Notes under the pieces: model-generated
What the model saw: only the letters and a program-made list of their open reading frames with translations
What the model was told of the DNA's origin: nothing
The model's database searches: none
Assembly (NCBI RefSeq): GCF_006345805.1
Contig: NC_043023.1
Location: 3,224,001-3,288,000 of the forward strand
Direction: 5' to 3'
Length of the DNA stretch: 64,000 bases
DNA from: Octopus sinensis
Lineage: Eukaryota
Shown: one piece after another, positions 51,771 to 63,604 of the stretch
How the letters are laid out: the number at the start of each line of letters is the position of its first letter
Position numbering within the stretch: position 1 is the stretch's first letter
Position numbers and translations under genes: made by a program

Positions 51771-51922
51771 ATCCAAAAACTGAATCTCATGGATCAGGAA
51801 TCTCCACTATACTTAAGTTTGTCGGAATTGGTTTTGGCTCACTTGCAATGTTAGTCGGACTCGTTTCCTACTGCTGCCTAAAGTACAAGAATAGGGAAAA
51901 TTCTGTTCAGCCGCAATGTTAG
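51771..51922 (+). CDS. Last coding exon: transmembrane helix plus short tail ((D)PKTESHGSGISTILKFVGIGFGSLAMLVGLVSYCCLKYKNRENSVQPQC*)
   Basis: Phase-1 acceptor TTGCAG, ~21-residue hydrophobic helix followed by basic residues. Frame, splice site and stop are conserved in the paralog at 63605-63765. Confidence 0.8.
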
Positions 51923-52464
51923 AAAACTTTCACCGATTGCATTGGCATGGTTGGATTTTAAAGAATTTATATCCATATTTTTTATATATCATCATCATTG
52001 TCATTAGTTTAGCAGTGTCTTTTCAAGATTCTGCTACATCTTTTGGCTAAAACGACTGAGAATTAAAAAATTTTAAAGCTATTAACTGTCTGTTTATCAA
52101 TTTATGACAACAACTAATAACCTTTTTTAAGTTTTTGGAATTAAAAAAAGCTCAGTACATTTTTAGTAAAATATTCAAAAATACAGTTTTTTAATTTTAT
52201 ATTTCAGCTTATGTAGAGAAACTAAGTTCCTTTTCTTGCTTGTATTTCCCAGTTGGTTTGGTAAAACTAAAGCTTTTGACCCAGTCATAAAAAAAAAATA
52301 GTGTAATAGGTGTAAGTAGTACCCAAGACTTTTTACTTCAAGTTTCAAAGGAAACATTGCTGGCCTAATTTTGTTATATTTATATTCAGCAGCATAAATA
52401 CATAAAAACAGAACAGGCACACACACACACAGACAAGATCTTTTATTATGTATAGATAAGTAAC

Positions 52465-52840
52465 AGTCCCACTGCGTGGTGGCATCTTGGGCAAGTGTTT
52501 CTACTATAGCCTCGGGCCAACCAAAGCCTTGAGAGTGGATTTGGTGGATGGAAACTGAAAGAAGCCCTTGTGTGTGTTTGTCCCCCTTCCCCCACAACAT
52601 CGTTTGACAACCGATCCTGGTGTGTTTACGTCCCTGTAACTTAGCGGTTCAGCAAAAGAGACCGATAGAATAAGTACTAGGCTTACAAAAGTAGGTCCCA
52701 GGGTCGATTTGCTCGACTAAAGGTGGTGCTCCAGCATGGCCGCAGTCAAATGAATGAAATGAGTAAAAGAGTAAAGAGTAAAACAGTGCCCCAGCATGGC
52801 CACAAACTAATGACAGAAACAAGTAAAAGATAAAAGAACA
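52465..52840 (+). mobile_element. SINE family A (5'-truncated)
   Basis: Homology to the other copies. Confidence 0.8.
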
Positions 52841-53175
52841 CACACACACACATGCATTATTACTGAAAGGCTCCTTTTCCCTGAGTTACTAATTTCCCAT
52901 CATCCGCTGGTAAATTAAGCTTCCTTTTCTCTTGAAATATTCCCCATTTGGATAAGCTTTTGAAATTTGAAATGGAAGTTTGAAGGAAACACTGATCTTT
53001 ATGCTCTATTGTTCAAAAAACCTTTGTGAACGACAAGTAGCAAAAAAAGGGCTGCCTCAAGGTTATACTTTTGATTTTGTTTCTGGTTTTCGTGGTAATA
53101 CTATTACAAACATCTTATGTGTGAAGTCCTGCAAATGTCTTACGTTTAAATAATGTTTTACAGTTATACTTTTAA

Positions 53176-53482
53176 CTAGCAGTATTGCCTGGCGATGCTC
53201 TGGTTTGTAAGGGAAATAACTATATAAGCATTTTTAGAAAGTTACTTCCCTTACATAAACCGGGCAAAAATCATTAAAAATGTGGAAAAGTTATGGTAAA
53301 TTTTTTTTTAAATCGTAGACTCATCGTAGACACATGCTAATACTCAGAAGGGCTCGATATGAATCACGACTATAAGATACCCGGTTTTGGTTAAACTGCA
53401 CCGCAAAATGTGGGAGTAGTTAGGAATCTAAATCGGAGTAGACAGACACTCACACACACAACTTCAGTTTTATATATAAAGA
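53176..53482 (-). mobile_element. Non-autonomous Helitron, family B
   Basis: TC 5' end, CTAG 3' end with hairpin. Homologous to 62561-63262. Confidence 0.8.
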
Positions 53483-53526
53483 TTACTGTATTAAAAAACA
53501 ATTTATGCCCATGTTTTACTTTAAAG

Positions 53527-55589
53527 CTGGGGTTCTCAACGATTTTTTATCTACGGATCCCTTTGATTGCTATTTTATTTTGCTGGAGCCCCATAAACAT
53601 TTGGTGTTTAATAACAAGTTTTATAGGAACTTTTTTCAAAATTCCTCTTTTGTTCTTCCCCCATTAACTTGTGTAGGTCGAACTATGTAAATTGTTAGAG
53701 AAAGAAACCTAGCTGTTTCTTGCAATACATACCAATACATACATCTAAAACAGGGGTTCTCAACCATTTTTTATCTATGGACCCCTTTGATTATGATTTT
53801 ATTCTGGTGGACCCTTGTAGCAATTCAATGTTTAAAACTAGTTTTACACAAACTTCTTTCAAAATTCTTGTTTTGCTTTTTCACCCATTAACTTGTGTCG
53901 GTTGACCTATGTAAGACATCAGAGAAAGAAACCTAGCTGCTTCTTACAGTAAATACAACTAAAGTACAATTTTTTCATCATCATCATCATTGTTGTCATT
54001 TAACGTCCGCTTTCCATGCTAGCATGGGTTGGACGGTTTGACTGTGGGCTGGCAAACCAGATGGCTGCACCAAGCTTCAGTCTTGATCTGGCAGAGTTTC
54101 TACAGCTGGATGCCCTTCCTAATGCCAACCACTCTGAGAGTGGACCCTTAAACCAGATGGCTGCACCAAGCTTCAGTCTTGATCTGGCAGAGTTTCTACA
54201 GCTGGATGCCCTTCCTAATGCCAACCACTCCGAGAGTGGACCCTTAAACCAGATGGCTGCACCAAGCTTCAGTCTTGATCTGGCAGGGTTTCTACAGCTG
54301 GATGCCCTTCCTAATGCCAACCACTCCGAGAGTGGACCCTTAAACCAGATGGCTGCACCAAGCTTCAGTCTTGATCTGGCAGAGTTTCTACAGCTGGATG
54401 CCCTTCCTAATGCCAACCACTCTGAGAGTGGACCCTTAAACCAGATGGCTGCACCAAGCTTCAGTCTTGATCTGGCAAAGTTTCTACAGCTGGATGCCCT
54501 TCCTCATGCAAACAACTCCGAGAGTGGACCCTTAAACCAGATGGCTGCACCAAGCTTTAGTCTTGATCTGGCAGAGTTTCTACAGCTGGATGCCCTTCCT
54601 AATGCCAACCACTCTGAGAGTGGACCCTTAAACCAGATGGCTGCACCAAGCTTCAGTCTTGATCTGGCAAAGTTTCTACAGCTGGATGCCCTTCCTCATG
54701 CAAACAACTCCGAGAGTGGACCCTTAAACCAGATGGCTGCACCAAGCTTCAGTCTTGATCTGGCAGAGTTTCTACAGCTGGATGCCCTTCCTAATGCCAA
54801 CCACTCTGAGAGTGGACCCTTAAACCAGATGGCTGCACCAAGCTTCAGTCTTGATCTGGCAAAGTTTCTACAGCTGGATGCCCTTCCTCATGCAAACAAC
54901 TCCGAGAGTGGACCCTTAAACCAGATGGCTGCACCAAGCTTCAGTCTTGATCTGGCAGAGTTTCTAGTTGGATGCCCTTCCTAATGCCAACAACTCCGAG
55001 AGTGGACCCTTAAAATACTACCACAGATCCCCATTTAACTATTTTTTACATGTGGACCTCTTTTGATTAATATTTTGTTCTGGTGGACCCCTATAGCCAT
55101 TTGATACTTAAAAACTAGTTTTATAGAAATTTCTTTCAAAATTCCTATTTTGCTTTTCTCACATTAACTTGTGAAGGTGGAACTCTGTAAAAAGTTAGAG
55201 AAATAAACCTAGCTGTTTCATGCAATTCATACATCTAAAGCAAAGATTTATTATGGACCCTTAAAATACTACACCAAATCCTCAATTTACTATTTTGCTT
55301 GCATAGACCCCCTTTGTTTATTATTTTATTCTGGCGGGTTCCCATAACCATTTGATGTTTAAAAACTAATTTTTCACCCATTAACTTTTGTTGGTTGAAC
55401 TCTGTAAAATATTAGAGAAAGAAACCCAGCTGTTTCTTACAATGTATACCAATACACACACCCAAAGCAAAATTTTTTGAGGGTCCCTAAGATGCTATTG
55501 GATCCCCAATTTACTGTTTTCTTACATGGATCTCCTAAAATCTTATCTGGACACTCAGGGGTCATGTGGACCCTGTTTGAGAACCACTG
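53527..55589. mobile_element. hAT-type non-autonomous element with internal duplications
   Basis: TIRs C(T)GGGGTTCTCAAC / TTTGAGAACCACTG and 8-bp TSD CTTTAAAG / CTTTCAAG. Hosts an RTE fragment and the 96-bp array. Confidence 0.7.
54055..55012. repeat. 96-bp tandem array, 10 copies, with a 192-bp higher-order repeat
   Basis: Period 54055->54151. Units 4-9 alternate GCAGAG..TAATGCCAACCACTCTG and GCAAAG..TCATGCAAACAACTCCG. Confidence 0.97.
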
Positions 55590-57089
55590 CTTTCAAGTAT
55601 TACATTAAAGCATTATTTAAACCACAAACAGTTTCAGGATTTTGAGAGTATGGAGCTTATAACATTTATAATAATACTAGTCTGAAGGCTGCACACAATG
55701 TGGACCTTTACGCTTACTCTTGCGGAAGGATAATTTGGCCTACAGCCCCAAACTAAAGTGGGCTAAATAGCATGACCATAATACATCTATAATAACTATA
55801 GGCCCCTAGTGGTGTTTGATCAGAGATTAAGGATGGGATGACAATTAAGTCTGTAATGCAATCATTCTATTGTTTTAGTCCCAAGTTGAATTCCAACTGT
55901 TGGACAATTTGTTCCAAAGTTCTTATCTTGGCATAAAATTAATGAAGCAAATGTGTTTTATCTCTCCCCTTTGGTCTCTGACATCATCTGACAAACGCCA
56001 ACCAAGATGGCGAGAATCATCCAAGCTTTATCTGCTAGAAATAGTAACCCAAATACTTTTAAATCAGATCCCAATGATGGATGTTCAAGAACCAAATGAA
56101 GGGCAGGTTTTCAATCCCATGATGATCCTGATTCCCAAAATGTTATATGTTTATGCAGAGCAAATTTAGACTGAGCTACAGGGGTTCCAGACGGATGGAC
56201 AGAATTTCCCTTTTATTGATATAGATTCCCACGAGGTAGTGGATAGCGATTTTTTTCACTATTTCAGTGAGTGACGACCCTGCCTGACATGAGTCCCTAT
56301 CCAGGGTTACAGAAAGGAGACAACCTTCAAAGGAATCCGAAGTGGAGCCCTGTAGGTAATTTAGTGTTCGACACTGATGTGGCAGCTCCTGCAACCAAGC
56401 TGGTGCCAAACGTACTGCTCTGCACTGCTTTGGACTACATCAGGAAGGTGGAAAGAGGAATCCTGACGATTGGGCTACCCAGGATTTTCTTACATCTAGT
56501 GCAGGCCTGCGCAAAACTGGAGAGGACATGAAATGCAAAAACCAGACTGGATTAGTTTATGCGCAACTCCATTGTCTCCCGAGACAAAAGGGCGCCAACG
56601 ATAACCATGAGAACCAGAAATGGAATGCAAAATGTAACCTTGAAGCAGCTGTATTTGCATGTGTCGTTCACAAAGGCTTTAAAGCAAAAGGACATAAGGA
56701 TAAGTGTTTTCAAACTTTTATTTCATATTTCAGAAAGTATCCAAACAGCTGATAATCGGAAATGAGTAACTCTGAGTACTGGAAATCAGAGTGGTAATGT
56801 ACCAGAGAATACTCCACATTTGGATTGAGTCCTTGGCACCTTGTTGTGCTCAAGAAAGCCTGTACTCTGAAGCAGAAGTGTTAAGATCGATCCTTCTGGT
56901 GGTGTAAAGCCCTCATGGCAGTACCTTGTAAAATTGCCTGTGTGGTGTCACATAATAGAATTTGTTAGGATATATTTTGATGAAGGACTAATTTTCATAT
57001 GTAATTTGTTTGAACTATTATCTAAAGCTTGAAACACAAAACCTGATACACATATATCCATATACACATACACAAAAATCTATCAATCA

Positions 57090-57147
<58 letters not shown>

Positions 57148-58009
57148 AACAGTACTTGGAGGAGAAGAAACAAAACGAACGAATCGAATCGAATCGACGT
57201 GAGGGCGCTCAATCATACAATAGTGTAATAAATAAAATATATGCATACATACATACATACATATATGTACGTACCTACATCTACATGTATATATACATGC
57301 ATATATAAATATATACGTGAGTACAGGACACCACAAATAGACGCAGAACTCAACGAGAAACGAAAACGGAAAAACAAGCATGGAACAGACCATTATTTTT
57401 TACAACAAAAAACAGAGTACAAGACAAACTACACCAGGAAAAATCCCCTTCATCAGCTGTCCCTAGTTCAACTCCAGCATGTTTCGAAGGTTGGACAGAA
57501 CATGACTCGCTGAACTAGCCCTTCCTGCGAAAGAATTAAAAGAAAATTACCTCGCAGAGGGGTGAAAACAAAGAAAGAAAAAATGTAACACAAACAGGAC
57601 GTAAAAACGATACAAATAAAATTACAACATAAAATACAAATTAAATACAAAATAAAAATACAATACAAAAAAATACAATACGAGAAATAAAAACAACCAA
57701 GAAAACAAACGAAAAGGGCCTTTTGTTGGCCCTAGACGAAGAGATTCTGGAAGAGCGCAAGGAAACCGTGTGTTTACAGTTAGAAGTCCACATGTAAGAG
57801 GAAGTAAGTTGGGTGGCTGTGAAAGAGATGAGGAGGAGTGAGAGAGAGATAGGGAAAGAAGGGTATATATATATACCGGAGTAAACACATAAATGTGAAA
57901 CAAGGTGGAAAAAAGAGTACTCAAGTACCAGTGGTAGAGTAATATGCTTTATTTAAAGCAGCAGAAAATTGTTGAATTTTCTGCTGCTTTAAATAAAGTA
58001 TATATACGG

Positions 58010-58258
58010 TGACACGTAAAAGCACCATCTGTTCGTGGCCGTTCACCAGCTCCGTCTGGCACCTGTGCGGGTGGCACGTAAAAAACACCCACTACACTCG
58101 CGGAGTGGTTGGCGTTAGGAAGGGCATCCAGCCGTAGAAACACTGCCAGATTTGACTGGGCCTGATGAAGCCTTCTGGCTTCACAGACCCCAGTTGACCC
58201 GTCCAACCCATGCTAGCATGGAAAGCGGACGCTAAATGATGATGATGATGATGATGAT
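58010..58258 (+). mobile_element. RTE-type LINE 3'UTR fragment
   Basis: Conserved domain plus (TGA)n tail. Confidence 0.75.
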
Positions 58259-58357
58259 ATATATATATATATATATATACTTTGATACTTTGAGAGGTTT
58301 CGGCCATTATTGGCCCAGGCCATGTCTAACTTAATAGCACCACCCGGTGCTATTATA

Positions 58358-58637
58358 TATACACAACTCTGAGAGAGAATCCACTATGTAGACGCTCTTA
58401 CGCTAGATATAGATCCGCAAAGGGACTCAACCACAAGAATTGTTCTCAAGATTAACATACAATTAATCTATAAGGTTAATCTATATTTTTGTTATTTTTC
58501 ATTTGTCCTGCTCGCTTACGTTCTTAGTGTGCTAAAATGTTTTCTTGAGAACAATTCTTAGTGGTTGAGTCCCTTTGTGGATCTATCTCTAGCGTAAGAG
58601 CGTTCACACAGTGGATTCTCTTTTATAGTTGTGTATT
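58358..58637. mobile_element. Fold-back MITE with ~95-bp inverted arms
   Basis: 58360-58452 is the reverse complement of ~58545-58636, with a few mismatches. Confidence 0.85.
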
Positions 58638-58821
58638 AATAATATTTACTGAATCTCAGTCTTTTATATGCTAGGCCACTGGTGTTTAAATTGATGTTAT
58701 TAGATTAATATCCAATTATTTCACCCTCTTTTTGACTTATATATATATATATATATATATACATATATATATCTTAGATACCCTAAATTATAATTTTAAA
58801 TAATTTTAAATATATATATAA

Positions 58822-59120
58822 CATCATCGCTTAACGTCCGTTTTCCGTGCTAGCATGGGTTGGACGGTTCGACCAGGGTCTGGGAAGCCAGGAAGCTGCA
58901 CCAGGCTCCAGTCTGATCTGGCAGTGTTTCTACGGCTGGATGCCCTTCCTATCGCCAACCACTCCGTGAGTGTAGTGGGTGCTTTTAACGTGCCACCGGC
59001 ACAGGAGCCAGGGGAGTCTGGCAGCGACCACGATCGGTTGGTGCTTTTAACGTGCCACCTGCACAGAAGACAGTCAAGGCAGCGCTGGCATCGGCCACGT
59101 TCGGATGGTGCTTTTTGGGT
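58822..59120 (-). mobile_element. RTE-type LINE 3'UTR fragment inside a small inverted-repeat element (~58771-59170)
   Basis: Flanked by inverted TCTTAGATACCCTAAATTATAATTTTAAA / TTTAAAATTATAATTTAGGGTATCTAAGA. Confidence 0.7.
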
Positions 59121-59257
59121 GCTACTGACACAAAATGATTTAAAATTATAATTTAGGGTATCTAAGAGATACCACCACACTGGAAATAGCAATCAAAACT
59201 TGATTCTAAAACAACATATATATGTATGTATACATTAATATATGTAAGTATATCATA

Positions 59258-60004
59258 TCTCTCTATATATAAACGGCAGTTTGTCTGTCAGGTTGTACCC
59301 TCACCCTGACCACGGCTTTCAACCGATTCTGATGAAACTTGACACACACATAGCCCAATGTCATAATTCAAAACTAACGCAGCGGTTCTGAAAAAAAATC
59401 GATAAATTCGACATGGGTCGAGAATCTGAGCTTTTTATATGCAACACATTTTCTACAGACTGTCTAGGGGACGCAACTCGACCTTTTTAACTCACGGAAC
59501 ACGAGGGGTAAGTATTCCAAAATGTATAAAAATGTACAAAAACGGCAAAAAAGCGGGCAGCAATGTGAGTGACAACAACGAAAAAGTCAAAAGTGACCAA
59601 ACTGAACAAACAAATGGAAAAGGTTTTTTGGTGCACACGACAAAAGCGGTTTATAATAAACCAAGAGTTTGCAAGTAGCGTCCGAGGACCCTTAGGGTAC
59701 GTCAAAAATTTAAGGTAAAACGTTTGGGGTGGTAGTTATAAAGAAAGTTTAAACAAAAAAAGTATTCGAATAACTTGCGGCTGCAGCAGCTATTAGCAGA
59801 AGTGGCGGTGTTGGGGGTAAAGTCTTGAATGTAATTTCTTCCTGGTAGGAATTGGTTGGGTTGAATTATCGATAGCTGTTTGATAGTTATTTGGGAGTGA
59901 AGAGAAGACCTACACATGCGCCTTCGTTCCCTAGAGGGAAAGGACTAGATTGGGATTAGTCGTTGCCTACTAGGGGCTCTTACATACCCGGGCTATGCTG
60001 CTAG
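59258..60004 (+). mobile_element. Non-autonomous Helitron family A, long form
   Basis: Same 5' and 3' ends as 27116-27515, extra ~400-bp internal segment, partially deleted hairpin, CTAG|T. Confidence 0.85.
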
Positions 60005-60007
60005 TTT

Positions 60008-60055
<48 letters not shown>

Positions 60056-60078
60056 CATTTATGTGCTTTCTGAGTATA

Positions 60079-60135
60079 TTCCACTGATGAAGGCGGAGCA
60101 TTTCTAATGCAGAGCCTGAAATCTGGGATCTGGAA
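60079..60135 (+). ncRNA. Type-I hammerhead ribozyme motif (complete core)
   Basis: Stem I TTCCA/TGGAA, CTGATGA, stem II AGGC/GCCT with inner GCATT/AATGC, GAAA, stem III A-TC-TGG-GA-T, C17 at 60130. Confidence 0.8.
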
Positions 60136-60459
60136 TTATGCAGTAATTTCTTTGCTAGTTTGTCTCTTTGTCTTCTCTCCTGGTGCTGTATGAACATTTA
60201 ATGTGGTTCTAGAGTCAAGTTTTGGCTGCTATTTCCAGCATGGAGGTATCTCTTGGATACTCTAAATTATAATTTAAAATAATTATTACCTTTGCAGGTT
60301 TTTATCCCCAAGCTGGCCACCTGATAAGATCAGTATTTAAATATCAATCTTATCCTTATTTATATATATATATATATGTATGTATGTATATATATAAAAA
60401 TACTGGGCCACTTGGTGTTGAATAGATATACTATTAAATTAGTATCTAATTCTCTCACC

Positions 60460-60472
60460 CTTATTAATTAAT

Positions 60473-60545
<73 letters not shown>

Positions 60546-60566
60546 ATGTATGTATATATATATATA

Positions 60567-60597
<31 letters not shown>

Positions 60598-60614
60598 GTC
60601 TGTCTCTCTGACTG

Positions 60615-60665
<51 letters not shown>

Positions 60666-60829
60666 AGCTACCTGTGTGTGTGTGTATACATAGATATACA
60701 TACATATATACATATATATATATATTGATAGGAAATGTGTATGTGTATATATATGTATAAATAGATATATACACACACACATATATATATATAAATATAT
60801 ATATTGATAGATAGACAAATGGATATATA

Positions 60830-60877
<48 letters not shown>

Positions 60878-60880
60878 GTT
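60460..60880. repeat. (TA)/(TC)/(TATC) microsatellite field
   Basis: Simple repeats. Confidence 0.9.
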
Positions 60881-61113
60881 AGATTGATAGATACTCATTA
60901 TATGAAAGCTGAACAGCCTCTGGCTGTTCAAGACTGTACACATGATGAAGCCAGAGGCCAAACTCAAAAGTACAAGGTCAGAAATAAACATAACATGGTT
61001 CCGGGTTCAGTCCCACTGCATGGCACCTTGGGCAAGTGTCTTCAACTATAGCCTCGGGCCGACCAAAGCCTTGTGAGTGGGTTTGGCAGACAGAAACTGA
61101 AAGAAGCCCATCG

Positions 61114-61169
<56 letters not shown>

Positions 61170-61542
61170 ATATATATATACCGGAGTAAACAAATAAATG
61201 TGAAACAAGGTGGAAAAAAAGAGTACTCAAATACCAGTGGTGGAGTAATATGCTTTATTTAAAGTAGCAGAAAATTCAACAAAATCTGTTACTCTGAGTT
61301 TCCCGTTGCCGTCCATCAGACAGTTTTGAGAAAAATACAAAGTAAATAATTTTTTAAACAAAGTAAATAAAACACAAAAACACAAAGTAAGGATCGACTA
61401 GTTATGACTATCTAGTGTGGATGCAAGAGTATGCGGTATTTGATAACGATTTATCTGATAACGAGCAAGCTTTAAAATAATAATCAAAACCTATTAAGCA
61501 AAGTTCTGCATTCGTTTATTGTTTTTTTAACTCAATATTAAT

Positions 61543-62300
61543 CATCATCATCATCATCATCATTGTTTAACGTCCCTTTTCCATGCTAGCACAGGTTGGA
61601 CAGTTCGACCGGGTCTGGGGAACCAGGAGGCTGCACCAGGCTCCAATCTGATCTGGCAGTGTTTCTACAGTTGGATGCCCTTCCTAACGCCAACCACTCT
61701 GTGAGTGTAGTGGGTGCTTTTTATGTACCACCGGCACAGGTGCCAGGGGAGGCTGGCAACACCCACGATCGGTTGGTGCTTTTTACGTGCCACCGGCATG
61801 GAAGCCAGTCAAGCTGGTGCTGGCATCGTCCATGTACTGATGGTGCTTTTTATGTGCCAGGGGAGGCTGGTAATGGCCACGATTGGTTGGTGGATTTTAC
61901 GTGCCACCGATGCGGAAGTCAGTCAAGGCGGCGCTGGCATCGGCCACATACAGATGGTGCTTTTTATGTGCCACCAGCACAGAAGCCAGTCAAGACGGCG
62001 CTGGCATCTGCCATGTATGGATGGTGCATTTTACATGCCACCGGCACAGGTATTGCCACTACAATCCCCATTTGATTTTTGATACTGATCTACTTGACTC
62101 AATGGGTCTCCTCAAGCACAGCAGGTCACCCTACGATCCAAGGTAAGCACAGCAGGCCGTCCTGCGATCCAAGGCACTTTTGAAGGGCTGGGGCTTCTAT
62201 GTGAAGCTGGTGCAGGAAACAACCATGAACTCACATTATTTGTCGGGTCTTCGCAGTCATAGCATATCTCCAGAAGTCTCGGTCTTCCGTTATTGCCTCT
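61543..62300 (-). mobile_element. RTE-type LINE 3' end: ORF2 C-terminus plus modular 3'UTR
   Basis: Minus strand LTEAITEDRDFWRYAMTAKTRQIM*, followed by modules, conserved domain and (TGA)n tail. Confidence 0.75.
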
Positions 62301-62560
62301 GTGAGAATCCGGAAATTTTTCGTCACACACCTGAGACCTCTTCAGTGACTGTTGCCTTCTTACTCCATTTCTTTGCTTTCCAAATATGAAATTGTTGATC
62401 TCTTTGCAGTTTTAGACGATTTTTCTTTATTTTCAGCTGTGTGTACTATGTTGAATCCACAAGAAGCAAAAGTGAGGAAAATTCCTGTTTTCTTCATTAC
62501 TTCATCATATCAAAAGAATTCAGGAGCATCGGATTGTGGAGGTACGACTCAATGAACAAA

Positions 62561-63262
62561 TCTTTATATATAAAAGTAAGGTTGTGTGTCTGTCTTCTAC
62601 GATTTAGATTCCTAACTACTCCCACATTTTGCGGTGCAGTGTAACCAAAAGCGGGTATCTTATAGTCGTGATTCATATCGAGCCCTTCTGGGTATTAGCA
62701 CGTATCTATGATGAGTCTACGATTTAAAAAAAAATTTATCATCATTTTATTCCATTTTAATGCATTTTTTCGCCATTATATAAGGGAAGTAACTCTCTAA
62801 AAATGTCTACGATGAGTCTACGATTTAAAAAAAAATTTACTATCATTTTTTTCCATTTCAATGCATTTTTTTCGCTATTATATAAGGGAAGTAACTCTCT
62901 AAAAATGTCTAAGATTAGTCAACGATTAAAAAAACATTTACCATCAATTTTTTCCATTTTAATGCATTTTTTCGCTATTATATAAGGGAAGTAACTCTCT
63001 AAAAATGTCTACGATGAGTCTACGATTTAAAAAAAAAATTACCATCATTTTTTTCCATTTAAATGCATTTTTTTCGCTATTATATAAGGGAAGTAACTCT
63101 CTAAAAATGTCTACGATGAGTCAACGATTAAAAAAGAAATTTACCATCATTTTTTTTCCATTTTTAATGCATTTTTTTGCTATTCTTTGGCTATAACTCT
63201 CCAAAAATGCTTCTATAGTTATTTCCCTTACAAACCCAAGCAACGCCAGGCGATACTGCTAG
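62561..63262 (+). mobile_element. Non-autonomous Helitron family B with an internal ~120-bp tandem repeat (~4 copies)
   Basis: A|TC start, CTAG|T end, hairpin CCCAAGCAACGCCAGG. Repeated AAGGGAAGTAACTCTCTAAAAATGTCTACGATGAG. Confidence 0.85.
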
Positions 63263-63604
63263 TTATTGATAAAGCTCTTCCAGTAAATCGCAATGTGCCA
63301 CCAAAATATTGCAAGTGTGTTTTTCTTTTCAGCTCCTTCAGTTTTGTTCCATTTGATTTCAAATTTAGTGTATCAATGTAGTTTTGTCTGTTAATTATAT
63401 AAATGAAATTATTTGTTGTCATAAATTGATAAACAGACAGTTAATAGCTATAAAATTTTTTCAATTCTCAGTTATTTTAGCCAAAAGATGTAGCAGAATT
63501 TTGAAAAGACTCTGTTAAACCAATGACAATGATGATGATATATAAAAAATATGGATATAAATTCTTTAAAATCCAACTATGCCAATGCAGTCAGTAAAAG
63601 TTTT

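Noticed and set aside
54016-54984. 322-aa ORF with a 32-aa repeat
   Set aside because: It comes from the 96-bp array built from non-coding retroelement UTR. The open frame follows from the unit length being divisible by 3.
57440-57500. Permuted hammerhead-like motif on the minus strand (GAAACATGC...CTGATGAAGG)
   Set aside because: It lacks the U16.1-H17 cleavage site, and helices I and II do not pair convincingly.
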